DNA of 64,000 bases from Macrostomum lignano (Eukaryota), in the NCBI GenBank assembly GCA_002269645.1, contig NIVC01001278.1, forward strand, positions 11,742-75,741. The letters run 5' to 3'. Of the stretch, positions 39,445-53,631 are shown in pieces. How positions within the stretch are numbered: position 1 is the stretch's first letter; each line of letters starts with the position of its first letter. The position numbers and the translations under genes were made by a program. The notes under the pieces are model-generated. The model made no database searches and was not told where the DNA came from. It saw only the letters and a list, made by a program, of their open reading frames with translations.

Positions 39445-40345
39445 AGATTAGATTCCGATAAATACATGGATTAGACTAGAGTCCTATTAAATAAAATTAA
39501 TTGGCTTCCGGTAGAAATATGATAGATTAGATTGGAGTCCTATAGGAATAGATTAGATTAGATTCCGATTGAAATATATTAGATTAGATTCAGATATAAA
39601 CAGATTAGATTAGATTCGGAAACGCTCGTAGAAAAAGATTAGATCCAGATTGAGGTAGATTAGATACAGATTGAAGTAGATTAGATACGGGTTGAGGTAG
39701 ATTAGATATGGGTTGAGGTAGATTAGATACGGATTGAGGTAGATTAGATGCGGATTGAGGTAGATTAGATACGAATTGAGGTAGAGTAGATATGGGTTGA
39801 GGTAGATTAGATACGGATTGAGGTAGATTAGATACGAATTGAGGTAGATTAGATACGGATTAAGGTAGATTAGATACGAATTGAGGTAGATTAGATACGG
39901 ATTGAGGTAGATTAGATACGAATTGAGGTAGATTAGATATGGGTTGAGGTAGATTAGATACGGATTGAGGTAGATTAGATACGAATTGAGGTAGATTAGA
40001 TACGGATTAAGGTAGATTAGATACGAATTGAGGTAGATTAGATACGGATTGAGGTAGATTAGATACGGGTTGAGGTAGATTAGATGCGGATTGAGGTAGA
40101 TTAGATGCGGATTGCGGTAGATTAGATGCGGATTGCGGTAGATTAGACACGGATTGAGGTAGATTAGATACAGATTGAGGTAGATTAGATACGAATTGAG
40201 GTAGATTAGACACGGATTGAGGTAGATTAGATGCGGGTTGAGGTAGATTAGATACGGGTTTGAGGTAGATTAGATACGGATTGAGGTAGATTAGATACGG
40301 GTTGAGGTAGATTAGATACGGATTGAGGTAGATTAGATACAGGTT
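39445..40345. repeat. 21-bp minisatellite (GATTAGATACGGATTGAGGTA)n in FoxC intron 1
   Basis: Tandem units. Confidence 0.95.
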
Positions 40346-40384
40346 GAAATATATACAGAATGATATTATCTTGAATGATTTTGA

Positions 40385-41698
<1,314 letters not shown>

Positions 41699-41743
41699 GA
41701 CAACATTAATTATCATAGCCACAACGTTCGCACCTGCTCTCAG

Positions 41744-41950
41744 GCCACGGCAGTCAGTGATGGAGGCCATTCAGCTGGCGAGAGCTCATCGGAGCGGAAC
41801 CTGGATCTGTCCCGGTTGAAATCCGATGACCCCCTAATCGAGCAGCAGCTGCTGCACCGTCGGCGGCACCAGCCGGCCTCGTCGCCGATGTCTGGCGGGG
41901 TGAAGTCGGAGCCCGAACTGGAGGCCGAGCTGCTGGTTGCTCAACAGCTT

Positions 41951-41982
<32 letters not shown>

Positions 41983-42619
41983 TCAGAATCTGCAACAACA
42001 GATTCAGCATCAGCAGCAGCAATATCTGCAGCATCACCAGCACCAGCAGCAGTTGCATCAGCATCAGCAGCAGCAGCTTCAGCAGCATCATCAGCACTTC
42101 TATCCTCATCACATGGCCACGTCGAGTCCAGCCAGTCAGAGCGAGATTCTGGCCAGAATGAGCTACCATCAGAGCCAGCTGCATCAACACGGAGGCTACG
42201 GCCTGCATCAGCAGCAGCATCAGCAGCATCATCACCACCCAACTGCCGCAGCATACGCCGCCTTTCACAGCCCCCAGGGCCTTGAGGACATTGCTGATTA
42301 CGTCACTGCTGATGAGGAGAAGCAGCAGCATCATCAGGCTCATCAGGCTGCCTTCAACCCCGCCGGTTGGTACCCTCAGCCCATGACAGGTTACGGTTGC
42401 TACCCGATTGGCCAGCCCCAGCAACTGCATCAACACCAGCATCCGCAGTTTGCGGGTCAGCAGCCCCAGCACCCCCTGATGCAGATTAGCAATCCAGTTT
42501 CCTCTTATCAACCCACTTGTCGATATGGAATGCAAAGTAGTGTTGCAGCCTCCGCAATGCCTCATCCTCAGTCGCAGCAGCAGCAGCCGCATCAGCTCCC
42601 AGCCGCCAAGTACTCTTAA
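41744..42619 (+). CDS. FoxC: FoxC exon 3 (Q/H/P-rich C-terminus)
   Basis: ctctcag|GCC acceptor in phase 0 with GAG|gtgagg; open to TAA; total 647 aa. Confidence 0.85.
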
Positions 42620-43236
42620 TCTGCTATCGTGTGTTACCGTAAACTTTGCCTTGGAGTAACTGTACTGCACAGCATAAAGCTAATAGCAGTTTGATTGGCT
42701 ATCTGTTGCGATTTTGAAATGACCCTTCGATCTCATGCTAAATCACTGTTTTGTTTAACCAGTTTACTTTTTCCGGCTTTATTTTTCATTTCTTTAATAT
42801 TTACTTAGCGTCTAGCTACTGTCAGTAGTTCCTACTGCTAACTTTGCTATTAATATTAATGTTAAAGCAAAAAAACTTCTTTCTGATGATTGCCTTTGTA
42901 CCTTTAACACTGCTTTTAGAAAAACTACGTTTAATAGTATAGTTCTCTCGCTAAGAATATTGTACAGGACACACGTGTACTCCAGCCTCTTCTAGTAGAG
43001 TCGCACCGGAGTTTGTTGTAAATTTCTACACTTAGCCGTCGACTACAAAAAGCACACGTTTCACTGCCTGTCCCTATAGCTGTTAATCACCTCTTAGTTT
43101 ATCTCAGCTGAATTGTTAATTAAACAAAAATAAACAAACAACATTTATAAATAATATCCAGTTCCCGAAAATGATTTTTTTCATTTTCATTGCGACATAA
43201 TAAGTTGCAATCATTACAATTACTAAATCTCTAAGA

Positions 43237-43837
<601 letters not shown>

Positions 43838-45088
43838 TCCTACTATAGCTATCGAGATAAGATAAAATGACTAACACTTGATGATAGATGACACACAGGC
43901 TAAATAGCGAAGTTGCAATGGTAATGACAAATGTGCTTTTGATGACAAATTTGCTCCAATGCCCATACGAGCTAGAAAGAAAACTCTTCTCCTGCTCCGT
44001 CTCCGGTTACTGGAATAGAAACCGAAAGGCATCGAAAGCAAGCAGGCACGAGATCGAACATTCTTTAGCTTAAAACTTCAAGAATTGAATGTTCATGGCT
44101 AATTGTGAAGTTCGAGCTCATTAAAGGGACTGTAAGTACATCAACTACCTGGAGTGTGTGGCGCCTTTGCTTTTTATTATCCTTTTCAAAGAGCACCTAG
44201 CTAACTGCCACATCGTTTTTTTTCACACCGAAAACTCGTCTGTGGCTGGAGTGCTGCGCAAGGGCTCTGACCCAGCTTCTCGCCTGAGCCGTAAGCATGC
44301 CTAATTTATTTCTTATTTCTTTACTATGGCACTATCTACATTGACCCATCCGTTATCGCATCGCACGCCCTGTCTGTTGCTTCCTGTCAATCTCTCCTCT
44401 CACAGGTTCTGCAGTTGCAGAGGAGCCCCTGAGGACGGAACGAGACCGGCTGCTCAACCAAGCTCTGGCGCCGAATACGAGACGAGCCCTCAGGTCCCAG
44501 TAGTGAGCTGATAGCTAGTGTATTTCGATTCAGGCTTACACTTTAATGGATAGCGGGACACGTACTGATAAATTTGATTTCTCGGATTAAACGACTCCAC
44601 GTGTGCACAGTTCTTGTAGCAATTCCTTTCCTACAAAGTATGGTACTACGAGTATAAGGACTACGAGAAGCAAAAGGGAACCGGAAATGCTTCAAATATT
44701 AAAAACTTACTCAAATTACAACTCCGAGTCAAAAGCGCGTCAACAACGCGTCAGATACGCTTCAGCGATAGCCCTAATCAAACGATTCAAGTACGAGTCA
44801 AAAACGATTCAGAAACGCCGCTAAAACGCGTCACCTGAATCGTTTTTGACGCGTTTCCACAAAACGCTTCAAAGTGATTCAGAAACGCTTCAAACACGCG
44901 TCTTTTACGACGTGTACCATGACATCTCGTCGGTTTTGAATCACACAGAATTACTTTCCCTCCAGTCCCCCAGTGCAACTCCAAAACGCTTCAAAAGCGA
45001 TTCAAATACGACGCAAACGCTTCATTTACGATTCTAGGCCACAGTCACGTTTTCATCGGGAAAGTTTTCTGGCTCAGACGATAACGAT

Positions 45089-45862
45089 ATGAACATGTGG
45101 CTGCAGATGTTCGAGGACTTTGCAGCAGATTCTGAGTGGAACGAAACCAAGATGGCATCCAAGATCAAGCTGCTTCTATCAGGCGAAGCCCTCGTGTTCG
45201 TCTGGGACCTGCCAGCAGCCAAACAGAGCAGCTACAAGATCTTAAAGGACGAAATCGTCAAGTTCTACAGAGGCAAGGATAACACATTTCGCGCCATGTC
45301 TGAGTTCGAGAACCGGAAGCGACGCCAAGGAGAGTCGCTGAGGGAGCTGTGCTACGCACTCAAGCTTCTGCATCGAAAGGCACGCCCGGAGCACGCTCAA
45401 ACGGTGAGAGATTGCGAAGTGCGACACCGACTGATAGCTCTGCTGCCGACAGAGATTCGTCTGTTGAAAGCTTCAGATTATGACAGCAGCAGTCCTGAAC
45501 AGCTGGCAGACCGCGCCACAGCACTGGAAAGCATCGGCAGCAAAGGAGGCCCGGCAAGCGTCGCAGTGACATCGGTGAGCAGCCAAGTGACAGACCGGCT
45601 GGAGAAAATGCAAGAGCAGTTGGCAGATCTGGCTGCGACAGTCGCCACCATTGGCAGCCGCGGAGGACAGCGCGGTGGGAGAAGGAATGCAGCTCGTAGA
45701 AGAGGCAGCACCCGTGGAAAATGCTTCAACTGCGCTCAGCCTGGTCATTTCGCTGCTCAGTGTCCAGGCAAGCAAGTCGCGCTGCCGTCTGTGTGCAGCC
45801 GCTGCTCAGGTAGAGGACACCGGGCCGAGGTCTGCCCGACCCCGGCTTCGGGAAACTTCTGA
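45089..45862 (+). CDS. Gypsy gag (frame open from 45038; native start probably lost)
   Basis: Capsid-like WLQMFED..RQGESLRELCYAL; CFNCAQPGHFAAQC and CSRCSGRGHRAEVC zinc knuckles. Confidence 0.88.
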   Translation: MNMWLQMFEDFAADSEWNETKMASKIKLLLSGEALVFVWDLPAAKQSSYKILKDEIVKFYRGKDNTFRAMSEFENRKRRQGESLRELCYALKLLHRKARPEHAQTVRDCEVRHRLIALLPTEIRLLKASDYDSSSPEQLADRATALESIGSKGGPASVAVTSVSSQVTDRLEKMQEQLADLAATVATIGSRGGQRGGRRNAARRRGSTRGKCFNCAQPGHFAAQCPGKQVALPSVCSRCSGRGHRAEVCPTPASGNF

Positions 45863-48800
45863 GGACTGGTGAGCGCGGGCCATCACCAGCCCTGCCTAGC
45901 AAGGCCCAAACTCCGGTCGGAATCGATGGTCCACGCTTGGAGTCTCCGGCGAGTGCAACGCTAGCGATACAGCTAGAGGGACTGCCATCCGTGGAGCACC
46001 AGGTAATGGTGGTTGCCGGGATTCAGCTGGAATGCGTGCTCGGTATAGACGCCATCGGCAAAATGTGCTCAAGTTTTAGCGTCAATCTCCCGGCATCTTC
46101 TGTTCAGCTGAGGTCAACCAGGATCTCGATCCTGCCGGACAGGAGCTCCTCGCAGGCCTGCAGAGTGGTGCCCACCGCCGCGATAGCCAGAGTTGCCAGC
46201 ACCGTGTCCATTCCAGCCCTCAGCCGCGTCATCATCCCAGTCAAAGCGCCATCGTCTGTCGAGCAGGGTCTATTCGAGCCCAGCTCAGATTTTATCGACA
46301 AGACTGGCCTGCTGTCAAACAGGGCTCTGGTGGTCTCCAGCGTAGACGGAAATCTCCCAGTGGGCGTCTGCAACGTGAGTGCCGACCCGGTGGTGCTCTA
46401 CCAGAACCAGGCAATCGGCAACTTCGACGCTGCAGAAGTAAACGGAGAAGACGGTGAACCTGCTGAAGAGGAAGCTGGCTTTAACATCAACTCGGAGCTG
46501 AGCGAGTCGCAGCGCGAGCGCATCGAAGCCTTGCTGTGCCAGGCAGAGCAGACATTCGCCAGGCACGAGTTTGACCTGGGAACAACACACCTGCTGCAAC
46601 ACGAGATTAATCTGGAACCCGGCAGTCGCCCCATCAAGCACAGGCAGCGGACCGTTCCCCTGAATTACCGGCAGCAAGTGGACGAAAAATTAGCAAGATG
46701 CGGCGTCACGGGATTATCGAGCCGTCCTGCAGTCCATGGGCGAGTAATCTGCTTGTAGTGCGAAAGAAAAACAACGAGATTCGAATCTGCACCGACTGGA
46801 GAGCCCTCAACTCGTGCACCGTGAAGGACGCCTACTCGCTGCCTCCGCTGTCTGCTGCGCTGGACGCGCTCACTGGAAGCAGTTGGTTCAGCACTCTTGA
46901 CCTCCGCCAAGGGTTCCTGCAGGTTGAGCTGCGAGAGCAAGACCGGGAGAAGACCGCTTTCTACACCACGCAGGGCCTGATGCAGTACAGGAAACTCGGG
47001 TTCGGCCTCTGCAACGCCCCGGCAACCTTTCAGCGCCTGATGGACCTAACGATGGCCGGCCTGAACTGGACAGAGGTGCTCACGTACATGGACGATCTGA
47101 TTCTGTTTAGTCAGACCTTCGAGAAGCACGCGGAAACATTGGAACAGGTCCTGGGAAGACTGCAGTCTGCTGGCCTCAAATTGAACAAGCGCAAGAGCTG
47201 CTTCTGCTTCCAGGAGGTTGAGTACCTAGGACACAAAATCTCGGCAGAAGGTATTCGACCAACTCAGGACAAGGTCAGCGCTATCCAGTCCATCCCGATA
47301 CCCGAATGCGCTGAGGATGTTCGCCGGCTTGTCGGCATGCTGGGCTTCTACCGGAGTTTCGTTCCGCACTTCACCAGCATCGCTAATCCGCTTCATCAGG
47401 CGACTCAGAAGAGTCGATAGTTTCAATGGACAACTGAAGATGACGCTCTGCGGAAGCTGAAGTCAGCTCTGTCGGCACCACCCGTACTGAAGCTGCCTGA
47501 CTCCTCCAAGGGATTCCGGTTGTGCTGTGACAGCAGCGGAGTGGCCGTCGCCGGTGTCCTGAGCCAGCTCCACGAAGGTGCCGAGTGTCCGGTAGCCTAC
47601 GCGTCGAGAGTCCTGAACAAAGCAGAGCGCAATCGACTACCCACAGAGAGCTTCTTGTGGTGGTCTGGGCGATGAAGCATTTCCGGAACTACTTGGCGTC
47701 CGCTGGCGAAATTCTCGTCTTCACCGACCACAAGCCGTTGCAAGGGCTGCTCAACACCAAGGAGCCAGAAGGCCGGCTAGCCAGATAGATTACGTTTCTG
47801 CAGGAGATCAACTTCAAGCTGCTCTTCAGACCTGGTCGCGAAAACATGGTTGCGGACGCACTAAGCCGAGCAGCGGCGACCCAGCTGCACCCTGCCTGGT
47901 CGGACAACGACATCCGTGTAGCGCAGGCTGACGACCCAGTGCTGGCGGCGGCTCGCCAAGTGCTCCTCGGACAAAGGCCAAGACGTGGCAAGGCTGCAGA
48001 TGACGCAGAACACCTGGTGAGGACGGAGAAGCTGAGCCTGGGCGAAGATGGCGTCATCAAGAAGAGTGGCCAACCCGTCATCCCGCGGCAGCTTCGTCAG
48101 GACCTGCTGCAGCTGCTGCACGACGATCCTGCAAGCGGGCACCTCGGAACCGAAAGGACGCTGGCCAGAGTCGTCAGCAGAGCTTGGTGGCCCGGCCTAA
48201 CGGACGACGTCCAGCACTGGGTGAGAAGCTGCGAAGTGTGTCAGCGTCGCAAGGTACCGCGTCAGCACCAGGGGCACCGCTGCAGAACAACACCGAGCCA
48301 TCAGCTCCTTGGGAGATGGTGCAGGTGGACATCAAAGGGCCCCTCCCAGAGACTGAAGCTGGTCTCAGGTACATCATCTGCTTCACGGACGTGTTCTCCA
48401 AGTGGGTTGAGGCGACCGCGGTGTCCAACATTTAGGCCCGGACGGTTGCGGATGCGCTGCTAAGGAGTGTCGTTCTTCGCCATGGAGCGCCCGAAGTCAT
48501 CCACTCCGATCAGGGTCGTCAGTTTGAAAGTGACATCTTCCAAGAGCTGTGCCACCTGCTGGATATTCGCAAGACAAGAACGACGCCCTTCCATCCCAGC
48601 AACAACCCTGCAGTCGAGCGGTTCAACCGAACATTAGGCGAAATGCTGGCGGCGTACTGCATGGAGCAGCAGGACAAATGGGTGGACTTCCTGCCGTACG
48701 TCATCTGGGCGTACAACTCTTCAGCGCACTGCACCATCAAGAGGTCGCCCTACGCAGTGCTTCAGGGATGTGACCCCAGGATCCCGGCAGAGCTCAGTTT

Positions 48801-49239
48801 ACCTGCAGGCGGCGAAAGGAGGCTCGTCACGGACACGCTGGCAGACGCTCGCACCGGCTTGCAGTTCGTGCGGCAGCGCCTGCAGTCGACACAGCGGTCA
48901 CGGAATCAGCAGTACGACAAGCGCCAGCACTTCACGCTGATCCAAGTCGGGCAGCTGGTGATGCTCAGCAACCCGGCGGTGCTGAAGGGCCAGTCCAAGG
49001 CTCTCCGCCGGCGGTGGCTGGGACCGTACCGCGTGCTCGAGAGGCTGGGCCCCGTCACCTACCGGATCTCAAAACTCGCCGGCCGGAGACGAAGCACGGT
49101 GGTGCATCACGACCGGCTCAAGCTGTTCGTGCGCAGGCGGCCGCAGCCCGCTTCCTGGCAGTCCGCCCCAGCTCCGCCGGCAGAGGCCGGCCGACCGCCC
49201 AGCCCGGCTGTCGATCCGCGGCAGACCTTGACGGACTGA
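45850..49239 (+). pseudogene. Gypsy pol (partial protease, RT, RNase H, integrase with GPY/F tail), disrupted
   Basis: RT: SPWASNLLVVRKK, LDLRQGF, FGLCNAPATFQR, YMDD; RH: CDSS, TDHKPL, VADALSR; INT: H..GHLG..C..C, DIKGP, HSDQGRQF, VERFNRT, WLGPYRV; several frameshifts and in-frame TAG stops near 47418, 47786, 48433. Confidence 0.93.
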
Positions 49240-49639
49240 TTTTTATGCTGCGCAAAACTAATTTACTGATTCATTTTTGTTATTCATGCGTTTTTAATTC
49301 TCGTGGTTTTACTGCCTCTTTTCATAGTTTTTTTTATGATACTCAATTTAGGGAAGGAAGTGATGTAAGAGACGTGAATGTTTTCGCTGTTGTGTGGTTG
49401 TTATAGGGGTGAAGGTATTCATCTGCAAATAATCGCGATGTACATAGACTGATGTACATTGCAAACATATACGGCTCGTAGATTATTGATTTTGATTGTT
49501 CATGTAATTTTATTTTTGATTTTTTTCAATTATCCGAGAAAGTATTTAGGAATCTCACATAGTGTACAAATTTATGCGTACGAATTTTGAGATACGTTTT
49601 TTGGCTTTATTGTAGATCAAAAACTGAATGACTAAATAT

Positions 49640-51540
49640 CGACAACAACAACGAAAAACTACAGCAACCCTGGGTAAGCCAAGTTGGGTTGCTGTCAAAA
49701 GGCACGCGCAAGCGTAGATTTGCGCAGAACAGCGAGTCCGCGAGGGTCAGAGATTTCAGCGTCTCTTAGAAGCAGGTCGACGAAACGCAGATTTCTCGCC
49801 TGACCAAGCCGCCGCGGCCCTTGAAGGGATAGCAGCAGCACGTCTCGAAGCGGCTCAGGGCAGTACTGCTCTGCCCGGATGACGTGGCCAACCAGCTGTA
49901 GGCGCCGAATGTGCAGCAGCTGGCTGGGTCGGGAGAGCTGGGCCCGTCGGTATAGCTCGTCATTGCTGGTGTAGGTGTTAGTGGTGGCGATCGGCGAGTA
50001 AGTGGACACTCTCAGGAGGCGGCTATCAGGAGTCCAGTGTGAGCGGCGTCGAGTTGCCGCTTCTGCGGGCCGGTCAGTGTGTCCACGTTTCAGCATTTTA
50101 AAGGACGGACGAAAGGAGGAACAGCCACCTTCTCAGCCGATCCGGCAGCACGGGGCACTGCAGGACAGTCCACACAGTGCGAAATGCGCCTCAGGCAAGC
50201 GCCCATGCGCCGCGATGTTCTTCGATTTTGATGGATCGAAGCTGGTTTCTTTGGGATCCCGACGATATCCCGATGATCCGCCATTCAGCATGCAGGGGCG
50301 GGGCCCCCAGCTAGCACGTACTTCATCACTCGCGTGACTTCCAGCGCGACCTGCGGGAGGCGCAGCAGCTCCTCAGGCATGTCGTCGGGTCCAGTAGCCT
50401 TGTTGCCTGGCGTCTTCTTTGCAAGTTGGAGCACCTCGTCGATGGTGATGGGGCTGATGTTAAAGGAGCTCTCCCCTGGCAGCTCAACCTCCGTGGGCTA
50501 TGACATATCGTCCCTTTGCGGCGGAGGGGGCGCGTTGACGATACCAGAGAAGGTCCGCAGCTCGTTTCGCCTCTCTTCGGGCGTGTCACCCGCCAGGTTC
50601 AGAGCGTTGCATCTCTTGCGGCCTGTCAGCTGATTGACGACCGACCAGACGGCATGCGGCTTCTTGGCGGGAACGACCTCTGTGATCTCCTAAATAGCGG
50701 TCTCCACAGCGGCGCGTTGCCCGGCTTTAAATGTCTCCGCTAGAGTCTCCTCTAGTCCTCTTCCTTCTCCGAGGGCTGTCCGCTCCTCCGCAGTCTCTCC
50801 ACTGTCAGCCGGGCCTGCTGCAGCACTTCGTCGTTCTGCCACACTGGCCGACTCCTTTCTGCTGGCTTCACCAGCGGCAGAGTTTTGGTGGCGGCGGCTT
50901 GGATGGCGGCACTGATGTCCAGGTACTCGGCTGGGGTTGTTGTATCTGGCCGTTCTTCCAGCGCTTTGGCAAATGCCAGACAGAAGCGGCCACTTGTAAC
51001 TGGGTCGTGTAGAGCTCGGAAGTAGCGCTTTGGCTGTTTTTTCGGTGGTCGATATAGTGGGTCCCTCAGGCGCAGGTCGCAGGTAGAGCAGCCTATGACC
51101 TGACCGCACTGCCAACGGGGCCACCGTATCGCAGTTAGTCACTCGTCATCGTTCTCGATCGCTGGTGAAGCAGCATTGCGGTCGAGCTGTGCGAGTCTCT
51201 TCCTAGCAAATTTTCCGCACGCTTTCCGACGTGGCCGCTTACAGCCAGCAAATGTTGCCAATCTGTGAAGCGGCTTCCTGAACAGCGTGTTTGCTGAGAC
51301 CAGGTCGTGGCGGTCCATGAAATCCACTAGGGAATTTTTAGTACTGTTGTTTTCGCGTGGCGTTACAAAGCGGGCGCGTTCGGACCTTCGCATGACGGCG
51401 TTGAGGTCTCCGAGTACCAGTACAGTGTCGACGTGTCGAGTTGAGCGATCTTCTCCAGCTGCGCTGACAGGAACTCCAGAAACTGCCAGTGCTCCTCTGG
51501 GCGCGCAGCCATGGGCGCATAGGCACAGAAGAGCGGCATG
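49640..51540 (-). mobile_element. RTE-type non-LTR retrotransposon, 5'-truncated, RT core deleted
   Basis: APE endonuclease motifs CAYAP, LGDLNA, ANTLFRK, QLD, RSGH(SDH); RT start KATGPD..IVGIPKK; post-RT ETWTL-like and SNDELYRRA..RRLQLVGHVIR; 3' stem-loop and (TTG)n tail. Confidence 0.88.
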
Positions 51541-52281
51541 TTATTAACTAACGAGAGTTAATTAATTAATTAATTAACGAGAATTAATAAGATAACATTT
51601 TCGCATGAAATCAATCATCTGCATGTGCCAGCAAGCTTTCCTAGAAACGAAATTTCTGCTGAAAAGCACGATACAGTTTCTATACAGCTATACAGGCACA
51701 GCACGAAACTTTCTATACATTGTAACTCTTTCGAGGAATCGAGTATAATTTTATTATTTTTCAGTTAGCTTATATAGGCTGTAGCTCAGCTGTTAATCTT
51801 GCGTAGTTTTTTGTTTGCCTTTGTGTTTTTGTGATTTTGTTTTTGTTTGCTTTTTGACTCAGTTCTACTAGGCCTAGCTAGTGTTAGTGCTCAGTCAGTC
51901 TTAACTTAACCAGCAGTCCAGCATATAGTCAATCATGGATGATGGACATCAGGATATGTCCATAGCTTTGGGCCATTATGATAATTCCATGAAAAATCTA
52001 TGTGCTATGATTTATCATTTTTGACATGTCATGAGTCACAGTCGCAACACCCCCTGAGGCCCTGAGTGTCTCAGTGTCTGGAAAAAGTTTTCAAAGTTTA
52101 GAAAATTGGATGTACATATAGGCCTACTTTATAAAGTTTATGCACCTATCTGGCTATCTAAAGACAAAGTTCAAGAAAGCCTAATATGAGGATATTTTCT
52201 TGCTTAGATAAATAATTTCAATATATTTAGGGTAGCATTAAAATTAAAAAGCATAATGCCATAACTTAAACTTATGGCATA

Positions 52282-52579
52282 AGCTGAGAGAATGGTTCAA
52301 CAGATGACAGACGCGGAAAGATGGCAAGCAGTCGGAATGTTGGAAGCAGGTTGTACTCTTCGAACAGTTGCGAACCACTTTGGGAGGTCGCCTTCAACAG
52401 TTTTACGTCTGCTACAGAAGAGCAGAGCCACTGGAAGCGTGGCTCACGCGAGAAAAGGTACGGTGCTTCACCAACTTCGCAGTACAACAGCTGTTGTTCG
52501 AAGAGTATAACCTGCTTCCAACATTCCGACTGCTCGCCATCTTTCCGCGTCTGTCATCTGTTGAACCATTCTCTCAGCT
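52282..52579 (+). mobile_element. Tc1/mariner transposase N-terminal HTH fragment with inverted duplication
   Basis: MTDAERWQAVGMLEAGCTLRTVANHFGRSPSTVLRLLQKSRATGSV is typical of Tc1 N-termini (R..AIGMLEAG...VA...G.S.STI.RL); no DDE domain present. Confidence 0.8.
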
Positions 52580-52739
52580 GGATCACTCTATCTGAAAACA
52601 GTCCATAGTCATCGCCCTGTTACTTGCGAGAGGAAGCTACACGCGTTTCTGAAGCTCGATTTGAACCATAGACTATGCGCTTTGACTCTTCTGAGTGAGT
52701 TGATTTTTCTTCTAGTTAGAGTGTTGCATTTTAAATATT

Positions 52740-53290
52740 GCTGAGTGTATTCTTCTCTTATCTTTTCTCTACTTTCTCTTCTTTCATTTTTCCTCTCTTC
52801 TCATCTCTCTGCTTTCTGCTCTCTCATCACTCATCTCTCTTCTCTGTAGGGCCTACTCTCTCCCCTCTCCTTTCTCCTCTTTCCTTTCTCCTTTCTCTTC
52901 TTTCCCTCACTTCTTTCTTCTCTTTCATCTCCCCTCTCCTCTCTTTTCTCCTTTCCTCTCCTCTCTCTTCTCCTTTCCTCTCCTCTCTCTTCTGCTCTCA
53001 CACATCTCTTCTCTTCTCTTTCTTCTGTTCTTTCTTTTGTCCCATCTCTCTACTCTGATCTCTGATCTTTCCTTTCTTTCTCTTTTCATTTCTCATCTCC
53101 CATATCTCTTTTGTCATCTTTATTCACCTCTCTCCTATATACTTTTCTCTTTTCTCTTCTGACTCCTTCTCCTCTCTTCCCTTTCTCCTCTCTTCTCTCT
53201 CCTCTTTTATCTCTATCTGTCTCTGCTCTCCTCTCTGCTTTCCTGTCTGCTCTCCTCTCTGCTCTCCTGTCTGCTCTCTTCTCTCTTGTC
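52740..53290. repeat. CT-rich low-complexity tract
   Basis: Direct reading. Confidence 0.9.
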
Positions 53291-53631
53291 TTAGGCATAT
53301 AAGACAAGAGATTTAGTATATTGTGATTCTTCCTATCAATATTTACTTAGCATACACTTGTGCTTATCAGAGCATATAAAACTGCAGAATAAACCAAAGA
53401 GCTCATCAATAGATTTTTTGTTTTTTTCCCTAGGGGGCCTATTAGACAAATTATTGAATGAGAGTTTTTTAATATGCTGTTTATTATTTATTATTTAACT
53501 GCCAGATTCAGGCTCCAGTGCCTCACTTTCAGCAGAGAACTTGTATTAAATATAAAAATAAAAATTATACTATGAATTTTAGTAGTTGTAAGTTTTTAGA
53601 CAGTAAGTTTTACAAGAGAATTCATGTGTGC

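Larger units (their letters stand above)
45036..49620 (+). mobile_element. Ty3/Gypsy LTR retrotransposon, degenerate; no matching 5' LTR found
   Basis: gag with two CCHC knuckles, then PR-RT-RNaseH-INT order; PPT agggaaggaagtga (49350-49363) followed by TGTAAG, the likely 3' LTR start; right boundary approximate. Confidence 0.92.

Noticed and set aside
41754-42670. Minus-strand ORFs overlapping FoxC exon 3 (and similar antisense ORFs over TNPO1, gag and pol)
   Set aside because: Shadow ORFs produced by CAG/GC-rich codon usage on the coding strand
43914-44020. CNGNDKCAFDDKF peptide vaguely like a nuclear-receptor zinc finger
   Set aside because: Lacks the remaining conserved cysteines, and the frame closes shortly after
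44470-44485. TGGCGCCGAA as a possible primer-binding site for the Gypsy element
   Set aside because: Not preceded by an LTR ending in CA that matches the 3' LTR start at 49364; similarity to a tRNA 3' end is too short
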